This document shows positions 47,224-55,913 of a stretch of DNA of 64,000 bases, one piece after another; the first letter of the stretch is position 1; the number at the start of each line of letters is the position of its first letter. The translations under genes and the position numbers were made by a program. Under the pieces are notes generated by a model that made no database searches, was not told the DNA's origin, and saw nothing but the letters and a program-made list of their open reading frames with translations. The stretch covers positions 2,754 through 66,753 of the forward strand of contig JAKIVT010000002.1 in assembly GCA_022750415.1 (NCBI GenBank), read 5' to 3'. Origin of the DNA: Thermoplasmata archaeon. Lineage in GTDB: Archaea; Thermoplasmatota; Thermoplasmata; Lutacidiplasmatales; UBA184.

Positions 47224-47595
47224 TTAAGGCGGCGGGGTATGTATCCGGTCCGGCCCGCCCGACGGGGCCGCGGCCCCTGGCCCCTCCGGGGGAGCGAACA
47301 CGACCAGCAGGACCAGCTCCTCCACGATGTCGAGGAACCGATGGGTCTCACCCGCCGGGACGAACAGGACGTCCCCGGGCGCGACGGAGCGGGTTTCGTC
47401 GCCCTGTTGGAACCGGGCCCGCCCCTGGGTGACGTAGTAGATCTCGTCCTCGCGGTGCGGGCTCTGCCGGTCGGCCGAGCCGGCGGGCAGCACGTACACA
47501 CCGGCGCTCATCGACCGTTGCCGGAGAAATTCGACGTACCGGTCCGGCCACGACCGGGCCTCTCGGGCCACATCGTGAACGGAGGGCATCGGCAT
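47224..47595 (-). CDS. cupin-domain protein
   Basis: 123 aa; DEIYYVTQGRARFQQGDET...GDVLFVPAGETHRF resembles the two cupin motifs. Confidence 0.65.
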   Translation of the reverse strand: MPMPSVHDVAREARSWPDRYVEFLRQRSMSAGVYVLPAGSADRQSPHREDEIYYVTQGRARFQQGDETRSVAPGDVLFVPAGETHRFLDIVEELVLLVVFAPPEGPGAAAPSGGPDRIHTPPP

Positions 47596-47731
47596 CGACG
47601 GTCCCCCGAATCCGGCCCGGGGTTGAATCCCCTTCGGGGTGGGGTTCGAACCGAGGGTCCACTGCGGGCCGGAAGGGCGAGGGGGGCCGGGTCGGGGACC
47701 CGGCCCCCCTCGAGGCGGTCGTTCGCTCGGC

Positions 47732-49108
47732 TTAGACCCAGAGGACCGTCACGGACCCGGTGGGCATCGCCACGGTGGCCAGGGTGAGGGAGTCGAAGTG
47801 GAACGTGTTGTCCCACAGTGTGAGGCTCGTGGGGCCGCCGATTCCCTCGGAAACCGCCTGGACCGCCGCGGTGGCGATGCTCAACGTCGACGGGCACGAA
47901 AGGTAGCTCCCCGTTCCGCAGACGACCTGGCTCCCCCCGTTCGTCCCGCCGCTCTGGACGTGGGTCACCGTATTGCGACTCACGTTGAACGTCCCGTTGT
48001 CGACCAGGATGCCGGGGGCTCCGGTCGCGGCCTGGTTCACCGTGTTGTTCTCGATGAGCGCGGTCGTCCCGGGCGCCCCGTTCACCACGATCCCGTATCC
48101 CTCATCGCCGGAAATCGAGTTCCCCACGATCTGGACGGAGGAGGCGGTCGTCTCGTACTCGGCGATCGGGTCCGGGCAGGCGGTGACGGTCGAGTGGACG
48201 ACGGTGGTGCCGCTGCCCGGGTCGTAGAGCAGGATGCCGGTCGCCTGCGCGCCGGTGCCGTACCAGTCGAGGGTCGAACCGCTGCCGGTGTAGTTGTCGC
48301 CCGAGACCTTGGTGTTGGTCAGATGTCCGACGGCGCCGTAGGCGATCTGGACCCCGTTCTGGGCGGTTGCGGAGGTCGGTCCGATTCCGGTGGTCGTGTC
48401 CGCGTTCAACGTGCAGGTGAGACCGGGGTCGTCGCACGTGATGGCGTTCTTCCCGTAGACGCTCACGACGGTGTTGCCGATCGTGACGTGCTTGACCGGG
48501 GTGGAGACGTTGTGGGTCGCGAACCATCCGGTGTAGGCGTACACCGCGAGCTGGTTCTGGCAGCCGAGGAGCGAGGGTCCGAGCTGGATGCCGGTCACGA
48601 CGGCGCGCTGCAGGGTCCCCGAGGAGTTTTGGAAGTCGACGCCGACGAAGTCCGGGGAGCATCCTCCAATCGAGCTCGAGGCGGCGGTTCCGTCGATGGT
48701 CATCCCCGCGATCGTGACGCCCGTGGTGTTGTCGACGAGCACGACGGCCGCCAGCGGGGTCGCTGCCGAGGGGGAGTCCCAGTCGACGGTCGTGGTGTTC
48801 ACCGACGCGGGGTCGATGCTGGTGGAAGCCGTTCCGGCGCCTACGAGGGTGATCCCCTTCGTCGCGATGTGGAGTTGCTCGGGGAACGACCCGGCACCCA
48901 CGCAGATTCTCCAGCCGGGGTTCGCGCTGTTGATGGCGCTCTGCACGGCGTTGTGCGCGAGGTTCTCGGAGTTCACGGTCAGGTTGCAGGGCGGCGTGGC
49001 CGAGGCGGTGCCGCTCATTCCCAGCAGCACCGTGACTCCAGCGGCGGCGACGACGACCACGAGGGCGGTCGCCCAGGCTCGATTGGCGGTCGGTCGGTTG
49101 GTTTTCAT
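47732..49108 (-). CDS. secreted right-handed parallel beta-helix repeat protein (NosD / pectate-lyase-like fold)
   Basis: Signal peptide MKTNRPTANRAWATALVVVVAAAGVTVLLG; repeated ~22-aa G.T..I.N.T.I turns (GVTIAGMTIDGT, VTIGNTVVSV, VQIVGNSISG, ALIENNTVN). Confidence 0.65.
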   Translation of the reverse strand: MKTNRPTANRAWATALVVVVAAAGVTVLLGMSGTASATPPCNLTVNSENLAHNAVQSAINSANPGWRICVGAGSFPEQLHIATKGITLVGAGTASTSIDPASVNTTTVDWDSPSAATPLAAVVLVDNTTGVTIAGMTIDGTAASSSIGGCSPDFVGVDFQNSSGTLQRAVVTGIQLGPSLLGCQNQLAVYAYTGWFATHNVSTPVKHVTIGNTVVSVYGKNAITCDDPGLTCTLNADTTTGIGPTSATAQNGVQIAYGAVGHLTNTKVSGDNYTGSGSTLDWYGTGAQATGILLYDPGSGTTVVHSTVTACPDPIAEYETTASSVQIVGNSISGDEGYGIVVNGAPGTTALIENNTVNQAATGAPGILVDNGTFNVSRNTVTHVQSGGTNGGSQVVCGTGSYLSCPSTLSIATAAVQAVSEGIGGPTSLTLWDNTFHFDSLTLATVAMPTGSVTVLWV

Positions 49109-49338
49109 GGAGTTCGTTCCTCTTCGTCGGCCGAAGGGAAGGTTCGCCCACCCCGTCGTCGGACCCGGGGAGACGCTCGCTTCACCGCGACCGGGGTCGC
49201 ATCGACCGGCCAGATATCAATTCAGTGCCCGGCCTGTCTCGCGGCCGCCGCAAGCCGTGAGCCTTCGATGTCCCGCCACGCCCCCAATCCGTCCCCGGAG
49301 TCTCTCGTGCCCCGGTCCGGGCCGCGGGAGGAATGGGC

Positions 49339-50808
49339 CTACTGCGGCGAATTGTCCATCCAGGGGATCATCCACATCGGGATGTCCCCGAGCTTCCCCG
49401 GATCGGGTGCGTCGGGGGAACGGAGGCGCCGGAGCTCGTCCTCGATCCGCTGTCGCTCCGAGATGTCCTGGACCGTCCCGCTGAGGCGGACGGGCCGGCC
49501 GTTCTCGATCACGGTCACGGCGATCTGGCTGAGCACCGTCCGCCGCTCTCCGTTGGGAAACTCGACCCGGTACCGGTGCTCGGGCAGCGAAACGGTCCGT
49601 CCCTCCGACGAGGCGAGGACGCCCCGGAGCTCCTCGAGGAACACGATCCGGTCGGCCGGGGCGAGCCGCTCGACCGACTTCTCCAGGTCGACCGGAAACC
49701 GGGCATCCCCATACCCGAGGATCCGGTACATCTCGGCCGACCAGACGACCTTCTCCGAACCGGCCTCGTACGACCACGTCCCGACGGCCGCGAGCGACTT
49801 CGCGGCGTCGAGCTGGGCGGTTCGCTCCTGGAGCATCCGCTGCAGCTCCTTGCGGGTGTGGTTCAGCTCGCTCTCGAGGCGGTGGTGCTGGAGGACCTCG
49901 GCGGCGACGAGCAAGGCCGTGATCGCGAGCGACCCGATGAAGATCCGCAGGGCGACCAGCGAAACCCCGAGGGGGAGCGTGGCGAACGGGCCGTTTCCAG
50001 TCACGGTGGCGACGATCGCGATCACCGAAACCGCGCTCACCGAGCCGACGGCCCCCAAGGGGCCGAACCGGACCGCGGCCCAGATGATGGGGGGAACGAC
50101 GAGGAAGATCAACGGGTACCCTCCGAGCGCCGTCGTCGGCGGCCGCGCGAAGACGACGAGGGCCAGCGCCACGGTCACCGCTCCGACCCCGAACGGCTCC
50201 CACCGGGCCGGGACCGACAGGGCCGGGTAAGGCCGTCCGAACCCCTGGGCGACGGCCAGGATGAGCGGGGTCACCTCGATCGCGCCGATCGCGTCTCCGA
50301 GCCACCAGGGGCCCCACACCCCGAAGAAGTTGCTCGGGGCGGCCAAGTGCGCCAGGGTGAGGCTCGTCGTACCGATGGTGGCGGCGACGGTGGCCGCCAG
50401 AAAGCCGGAGAGGAGGGCGAACACGGCCACGTTTCGTGGCGTGGCAAGGAGCCGCTTCCCGCCCGCGAACCGGAGCGCGAGGTAGGCCCCGACGACCGCT
50501 TCCAGCGTGTTGCCCGTGGCGATCCCCAGGCTGCTCGTCACGTCGCCGGTCGTCGTGAGGTTCACGAGGAACGCCCCGGCGAAGATCGCCGGCCACAGCG
50601 AAAAATCCCCGAGCAGGAGGGCGGCGATCGCGATGCCGGTCGGTGGCCAGACCGCCGAGACGCTCGCGTTCCCGACCGCGAGGAACAGGCCGACCTTGCC
50701 GGAAAGGAAGTACGCCGCACCCAGGACCAGGAGCGAGAGCGCAAGACGGACCCACCGTCCGCGGCCGTTCGGCACCCGCCCAGGGTCCTCCGTCCGCCAA
50801 GGTTCCAT
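49339..50808 (-). CDS. membrane sensor protein: MASE1 domain + PAS domain, no recognisable output domain
   Basis: N-terminal eight-helix MASE1-like region (AVWPPTGIAIAALLLG...); C-terminal PAS fold (GTWSYEAGSEKVVWSAEMYRILGY...GRPVRLSGTVQDISERQRIEDEL). Confidence 0.6.
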   Translation of the reverse strand: MEPWRTEDPGRVPNGRGRWVRLALSLLVLGAAYFLSGKVGLFLAVGNASVSAVWPPTGIAIAALLLGDFSLWPAIFAGAFLVNLTTTGDVTSSLGIATGNTLEAVVGAYLALRFAGGKRLLATPRNVAVFALLSGFLAATVAATIGTTSLTLAHLAAPSNFFGVWGPWWLGDAIGAIEVTPLILAVAQGFGRPYPALSVPARWEPFGVGAVTVALALVVFARPPTTALGGYPLIFLVVPPIIWAAVRFGPLGAVGSVSAVSVIAIVATVTGNGPFATLPLGVSLVALRIFIGSLAITALLVAAEVLQHHRLESELNHTRKELQRMLQERTAQLDAAKSLAAVGTWSYEAGSEKVVWSAEMYRILGYGDARFPVDLEKSVERLAPADRIVFLEELRGVLASSEGRTVSLPEHRYRVEFPNGERRTVLSQIAVTVIENGRPVRLSGTVQDISERQRIEDELRRLRSPDAPDPGKLGDIPMWMIPWMDNSPQ

Positions 50809-50994
50809 CCGCGTCGCCCGCTGGCCCGCGCTCGGGAAGGAGGCGCCGGGCCCGAATCTTGGAGCCAAGATATCGAAGGAAGGTCGGAAGAACCCTTCGG
50901 GTGGGCCGGCGCCATCGCCGTGTCGAAGAGCCGCCCCGCCAAGCCCCCGGGAGGACCGTCCGGAAACGCGGGGGACCCCCCGTGGCGAGGGACG

Positions 50995-51069
50995 TGCTCC
51001 CGGCGGGATTCGAACCCGCGTTGTCGGGTCGAAGGCCCGATATCCTTGACCGGACTAGACTACGGGAGC
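50995..51069 (-). tRNA. tRNA-Glu (anticodon most likely UUC), no encoded CCA
   Basis: Reverse complement GCTCCCG-TA-GTCT-AGTCCGGTCAA-GGAT-A-TCGGG-CCTTCGA-CCCGA-CAAC-GCGGG-TTCGAAT-CCCGC-CGGGAGC-A; perfect acceptor and T arms; anticodon loop has an unusual C at position 33. Confidence 0.7.
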
Positions 51070-51293
51070 GTCGACGGGGCGAAGGGACCCATCGTAAAGC
51101 GTTTCGCGGAACGGTCCCGCCCGAGGTTCCCGCGACGGCGCACCGACCGGTCGCACCGGCCCGACACGGATTGTTCGCTCCGGGCGCCGCGGCGGCGCGG
51201 AGCGCCGGCCCGCCGCGCTCGACACCTATAAGCGTCCAAAATCCTCCTCGATTTTGGCGCGAGGACCCCGCGCCCACGGGGGGAAACGTTGGC

Positions 51294-51914
51294 ATGGAGC
51301 TCGAGGTCGTCCCCGGCGTGGTCCCGTCGGTGCTCGCGACCCTGGGCCCGGGAGAATCGATCTTCTCGGAGCACGGAATCGTCCTCTACAAGGAAGACCC
51401 GGTCACGGTCGACCGCCGCACCATCCCGAGCAAGGGATTCGGGTCGACCCTGAAGCGGACGTCCGTCGGGGGCGTGCCGTTCTACCTCGCCGAGTTCACC
51501 GGGCCGGGACTCGCCGCGTTCTCGCGCAACGGCCCCGGAGAAGTCCGGATCCTCGAGCTCGTTGCCGGGGAGACTCTCGACGTGGCGGAGGGGTCGCTCG
51601 TCTGCGCCGCGAAATCGATTGGGTACGACACGATCCTCGCCAAGGGGACCGGGACCTACCGGGGAATCTGGTTCGACCGGCTCTCCGGACCCGGCAAGTT
51701 TGCCTTGCACGCGTACGGGAATTTCGTCACGCTGAAGCTCGCCCAAGGGGAAACGATCGTCTGCGAACGCGGGGCGATCCTCCACAAGTCACCGGCGATG
51801 GTGATGACACCGTTCGTCCAGCGGGTCGGGAGCGGACTCATGGGCCGCATGATGGCCCAGGAGATGTACACCGTTCAGGGACCGGGCACGATCGGCCTCC
51901 AGACGGGGGCCTGA
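51294..51914 (+). CDS. AIM24 / TIGR00266 (DUF124) family protein, paralog 1
   Basis: Motifs TLKRTSVGGVPFYLAEFTGPGLAAFSRNGPGEVRILEL and LSGPGKFALHAYGN characteristic of the family. Confidence 0.7.
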   Translation: MELEVVPGVVPSVLATLGPGESIFSEHGIVLYKEDPVTVDRRTIPSKGFGSTLKRTSVGGVPFYLAEFTGPGLAAFSRNGPGEVRILELVAGETLDVAEGSLVCAAKSIGYDTILAKGTGTYRGIWFDRLSGPGKFALHAYGNFVTLKLAQGETIVCERGAILHKSPAMVMTPFVQRVGSGLMGRMMAQEMYTVQGPGTIGLQTGA

Positions 51915-51916
51915 CG

Positions 51917-52555
51917 ATGGCGAAGTTCGACCACGTCGGGGACATCTCCCCGGCGCTCCTCATCCAACTCGCCCAAGGGGAGCGGGTGATGGTCCTGGTG
52001 GATTCGGTCCGGTATCGGGACCCGGGCGTCACCGTCGACCGGGTGAAGTACGAATACCCGAACCCGTCCGGCCGGATGCCAAAGATGCTCTGGCACTACT
52101 TCGAGTCCCTCGATGGCCCGGGCTCCGCCACCGTTTCGACCGGCGTGGTGGGCGAGATCCGGTTTGGCGAGCTGAAGGCCGGCGAATCGCTCTTCCTGCA
52201 CTCCGGAGGCCTGATGGCCCACGAGTCCACGGTGAAGTTCGACCTGATCACGCTCGCCAGCTACCAGCTCCCCCGCGCGGCCTTCACGCGGTACCTGTAC
52301 GCGGCGCGCCTCACGGGGCCTGGGCGCTTCGCCTACCAGACCCACGGCAACGCCCTCTCGTTCACGCTCAAGCCCGGCGAGACGATCCGGACCGAAATGC
52401 ACGCGCTCCTCTCGGTCACGCCGGGCGCCACGATCCGGGTGAACGTGTACGGCGGCGCCCCCCACTTCCCCCCGATGCACTACTTTCCGCTGGTCGACGT
52501 GACGGGTCCGGGGACGGTCCTCGTCCACAGCGGCCGCTTCCTGATGGCGGAGTGA
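51917..52555 (+). CDS. AIM24 / TIGR00266 (DUF124) family protein, paralog 2
   Basis: Starts 3 nt after paralog 1; LTGPGRFAYQTHGNALSFTL and VTGPGTVLVHSGRFLMAE are family-like; more divergent. Confidence 0.65.
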   Translation: MAKFDHVGDISPALLIQLAQGERVMVLVDSVRYRDPGVTVDRVKYEYPNPSGRMPKMLWHYFESLDGPGSATVSTGVVGEIRFGELKAGESLFLHSGGLMAHESTVKFDLITLASYQLPRAAFTRYLYAARLTGPGRFAYQTHGNALSFTLKPGETIRTEMHALLSVTPGATIRVNVYGGAPHFPPMHYFPLVDVTGPGTVLVHSGRFLMAE

Positions 52556-52562
52556 GGGCCCG

Positions 52563-53210
52563 GTGAAGATCACGGTCCAAGGGGGGTACGTCCCCAACGC
52601 GCTCGCCGAACTCGGACCGGGGGAGGAAGCGTACTGCGAATCCGGCGTGATGGTGTACTCCGACCCGTCGGTCACCTTCCACCAGCGCGCCTTCACCCAG
52701 GGAGGGCTCGGCAAGACGCTCAAGCGGACCCTCATCGGCGGGATCCCGTTCTACCTTCACACGTACATCGGGCCCGGCTACGCTGCCTTCAGCCGGTTCG
52801 GACCGGGGGAGATCCGGATCGTCGAATTGGCCCCCGGCGAAATCGTCGACGTCGCGGAGCATTCGCTCCTCCTCGCCTCGGCGACCGTCGGCTACGACGC
52901 GATCTACATTCCCGGCACGGGCCGGATCGGTCGGATGGTCGGGTTCTGGATGGACCGACTGACCGGCCCGGGTACGATCGTCCTCCACGGCCACGGGAAC
53001 ATCCTCACGTTCAATCTCCCCGCGGGGGAGACCTTCGACGTGGACCACGGCGGGGTGCTGATGAAGGACGACAAGATCCAGATGGAGTCGTTCAGCCAGA
53101 ACCTCGGCGGCGGACTCCTCGGCGCGGCGATGAGCTACTATGCGCTCCGGATCCGCGGCCCGGGTCGTCTCTGGCTGCAGACGATGGACCCGACGCACCC
53201 GCGCCGCTGA
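52563..53210 (+). CDS. AIM24 / TIGR00266 (DUF124) family protein, paralog 3
   Basis: TLKRTLIGGIPFYLHTYIGPGYAAFSRFGPGEIRIVEL is nearly identical in pattern to paralog 1; LTGPGTIVLHGHGN; GTG start. Confidence 0.7.
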   Translation: MKITVQGGYVPNALAELGPGEEAYCESGVMVYSDPSVTFHQRAFTQGGLGKTLKRTLIGGIPFYLHTYIGPGYAAFSRFGPGEIRIVELAPGEIVDVAEHSLLLASATVGYDAIYIPGTGRIGRMVGFWMDRLTGPGTIVLHGHGNILTFNLPAGETFDVDHGGVLMKDDKIQMESFSQNLGGGLLGAAMSYYALRIRGPGRLWLQTMDPTHPRR

Positions 53211-53219
53211 CCGTCGGGG

Positions 53220-54545
53220 CTAGCCGACCCGTTCCCACCGCTCGAGCTTCTGCACGGCGCTGAGCGTCGAGCCGCGCTGGATCTCCTCGCGGACCCGGTT
53301 CTCGTGCTCGAGGACGTCGAGCGCCCGGTTCGCGATCTCGGCCGCCCGTTCTCGCGGGACCACGACGACGCCGGAAAGGTCGCCGACGATCCAATCGCCC
53401 GGCCGGACCTTCTCGCCCCCGACGACGACCTCGACGCCGATCTCCCCGTGGCCCTTCGGTTCGCCGGCGTTCGGGGAGACGAACCGGCTGAACACCGGAA
53501 AGCCGAGCTCGAGGATGGCGTCCATGTCCCGGGCGGCCCCGTCGATGACCACCCCCGAGACGCCCCGGCCGTGAGCGCTCCAGCTGGCGAGCTCGCCCCA
53601 GATCGCCGTCGTCCCGCCGCCGGCGTCCACGACGATGACGTCCCCGGGACCGGCCCGGTCGATCGCTTCGACCGGTTTGGCCCAATCGCCGTCGCGGGTA
53701 ACGACCGTGACCGCAGGGCCGATGACCTTCGTCGTCGGGAGCGGCAGGTGGGCGTGCAGGCCGTGCATCGCCCCGTGGCGCTGCATCGCATCGGAGAGGT
53801 TCGGGGAGGAGACCCGAACGAACGCGGCTCGGATATCGGCGCCGGCGTACCGCCGGAACTGCTCGCTCGTCACCTCGGTCTTCGTGTCGATGGCCCGTCG
53901 GATCGCCTCCGTGGCCTCCTGGATCTTCGGGCTCTTCGTGATCGCCCCGCCGACGATGAGGATCTGGGCGCCGGCCCGCGTCGCCGCGGCGACGGTCTCG
54001 GACGTGAGGCCGCCGGCGACCGCGACCGGGATCGGGGAGGCCCGGGCCAGGGCCTCCAACGCCTCGAACGGGGTCCGGCCGGCCATCTGCATGTCAATGC
54101 CGATGTGGAGACAGACCGCAGCGGCCCCCAACTCGGCGACCCGCTTCGTGCGGGCGATCGGGTCGGCCACGTTCAGCAGGTCGACGACGACCTCCGCCCC
54201 ATACTGGTGGCCGCCGCGGACCGCTTCCGCGATCGTGTCGTCGTCCGCCGTACCGAGGACCGTCACCAGGTCGGCGCCGGCCTTCGCCGCGATCTCCACC
54301 TCGAAGGCGCCGGTGTCCATCACCTTCATGTCGGCGACGACCCGATGGCTCGGGAACGCCTTCTTCAGGGCCCGGACGGCGTCGAGTCCCTCGCTCTTGA
54401 TGAGCGGAGTTCCCGCCTCCACCCAATCGGCCCCGCCCGCGACGGCCTCGGTCGCGGCTTGGACCGCCCGGGAGAGGTTCTCGAAGTCGAGGGCGACCTG
54501 GAGAACGGGGCGCTCGAGGCGCATGGGCGGTCGAGTCGCACGCAC
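53220..54545 (-). CDS. bifunctional 3-hexulose-6-phosphate synthase-like (OMP-decarboxylase fold) / RraA-DlpA-family protein
   Basis: N-terminal LQVALDFENLSRAVQ...GADWVEAGTPLIK...HRVVADMKVMDTG (HPS/KGPDC family); C-terminal GDVIVVDAGGGTTAIWGELASWSAHGRGVSGVVIDGAARDMDAI (RraA/MenG-like); TTTATA 21 nt upstream of ATG 54545. Confidence 0.7.
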   Translation of the reverse strand: MRATRPPMRLERPVLQVALDFENLSRAVQAATEAVAGGADWVEAGTPLIKSEGLDAVRALKKAFPSHRVVADMKVMDTGAFEVEIAAKAGADLVTVLGTADDDTIAEAVRGGHQYGAEVVVDLLNVADPIARTKRVAELGAAAVCLHIGIDMQMAGRTPFEALEALARASPIPVAVAGGLTSETVAAATRAGAQILIVGGAITKSPKIQEATEAIRRAIDTKTEVTSEQFRRYAGADIRAAFVRVSSPNLSDAMQRHGAMHGLHAHLPLPTTKVIGPAVTVVTRDGDWAKPVEAIDRAGPGDVIVVDAGGGTTAIWGELASWSAHGRGVSGVVIDGAARDMDAILELGFPVFSRFVSPNAGEPKGHGEIGVEVVVGGEKVRPGDWIVGDLSGVVVVPRERAAEIANRALDVLEHENRVREEIQRGSTLSAVQKLERWERVG

Positions 54546-54574
54546 TATAAACGACCGGGCCGGCTCGCGCGGGG

Positions 54575-55384
54575 GTGGACCCGGTTCCGCCGACGACGAT
54601 CCGCACGGTCCCCGGGGACGCCCGCGAACTGCCGGGAGTAGCGCCCGGCTCGGTGGAGCTCGTCGTCACCTCGCCCCCGTACCCGATGATCCCCCAGTGG
54701 GACGAGTCGTTCCGCCGGTGGGGCGCGTCGGAGTACCCCGCGATGCACGCCCGCCTCGCGGAGGTGTGGTCGGCGTGCCACACCGCCCTCATCGACGGCG
54801 GGATCCTGGCCGTCAACGTCGGCGACGCGCTTCGGAGCGGGAGCGACGGGTTTCGGCTCTGGCCGAACCACGTCGAGGTGACCCGGGCGTGCGAGTCGGC
54901 CGGGTTCCGCTCCCTTCCCTACATCCTGTGGAAAAAACCCACGAACAAGCCGAATGCGTTCCTCGGCTCCGGGTTCCTTCCCCCGAACGCCTACGTCACG
55001 CTCGACTGCGAATTCATCCTGCTGTTCCGCAAGGGCGGTCTCCGGCCGTTCCCTCGGAACGACCGACGGCGCGAGGTCAGCCGGTACACGAAGCTCGAGC
55101 GGGACCACTGGTTCTCGCAGGTCTGGGACGACGTCCGAGGCATCCGACAGTCGGGGGTCGGCCGCCGGACCGGCGCCTTCCCCCCGGAGATCCCGCGGCG
55201 CCTCATCCGGATGTTCTCGGTCGTCGGGGACACCGTCCTCGACCCGTTCGCGGGAACCGGAACCACGCTCTGGGTCGCCCACGAGCTCGGACGGAATTCG
55301 GTCGGGGTGGAAAACGACCCCGAGCTCAGCGCCGCCTTGGAGCGCGAGGCGCTCCGACGGACCGCCGCCGAGGGAACCGGGTGA
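54575..55384 (+). CDS. beta-class DNA methyltransferase (N4-cytosine or N6-adenine), no adjacent restriction gene
   Basis: Motif IV TSPPY near the N-terminus and motif I VLDPFAGTGTT near the C-terminus give the beta-class order. Confidence 0.75.
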   Translation: MDPVPPTTIRTVPGDARELPGVAPGSVELVVTSPPYPMIPQWDESFRRWGASEYPAMHARLAEVWSACHTALIDGGILAVNVGDALRSGSDGFRLWPNHVEVTRACESAGFRSLPYILWKKPTNKPNAFLGSGFLPPNAYVTLDCEFILLFRKGGLRPFPRNDRRREVSRYTKLERDHWFSQVWDDVRGIRQSGVGRRTGAFPPEIPRRLIRMFSVVGDTVLDPFAGTGTTLWVAHELGRNSVGVENDPELSAALEREALRRTAAEGTG

Positions 55385-55388
55385 TCCG

Positions 55389-55913
55389 GTGCGCGCGTTC
55401 GTCGCGATCGAGGTGCCGGACCCGCACCGGCCGGGCGCGGCGGACGCCCCCCCGGCGCACCTGACCCTGAAGTTCCTCGGCGAGATCGACCCGGCGCTTG
55501 CCGGACCGCTCGGCTCCGCGGTATCCTCGGCGGTCGCCCCCCTGGCCCCGTTCCCGCTCGAGCTCCGCGGGGTCGGCGCCTTTCCGGACCGGGAGCGGCC
55601 CCGGGTCGCCTGGGTCGGGGTGGGCGAGGGGGCGGACGCGGTCCGGGACCTGGCCGTACGGGTCGACACGGCCACCGGTACGGTGGGCCTCCCGAGGGAG
55701 ACCCGCCCCTTCGTCCCGCATACGACCTGGATGCGGATCCGCGGGCCGCGGGACCTCGGCGTGGCCGAGCGGTGGCTCGCGGCGGGGGACGACCGAACAT
55801 TCGGCCGGACGGTCGTCCGCGAAGCGATCCTCTTCGAGAGCGAGCTTCGGCGGGACGGCGTGGTCCACCATCCCCTCGTTCGGGCGCCGCTGGCAGGTGG
55901 CCCGTCGGTCTAG
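55389..55913 (+). CDS. thpR: RNA 2',3'-cyclic phosphodiesterase (ThpR/LigT, 2H phosphoesterase)
   Basis: Two H-x-T-x motifs (HLTLKF and HTTWMR). Confidence 0.7.
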   Translation: MRAFVAIEVPDPHRPGAADAPPAHLTLKFLGEIDPALAGPLGSAVSSAVAPLAPFPLELRGVGAFPDRERPRVAWVGVGEGADAVRDLAVRVDTATGTVGLPRETRPFVPHTTWMRIRGPRDLGVAERWLAAGDDRTFGRTVVREAILFESELRRDGVVHHPLVRAPLAGGPSV

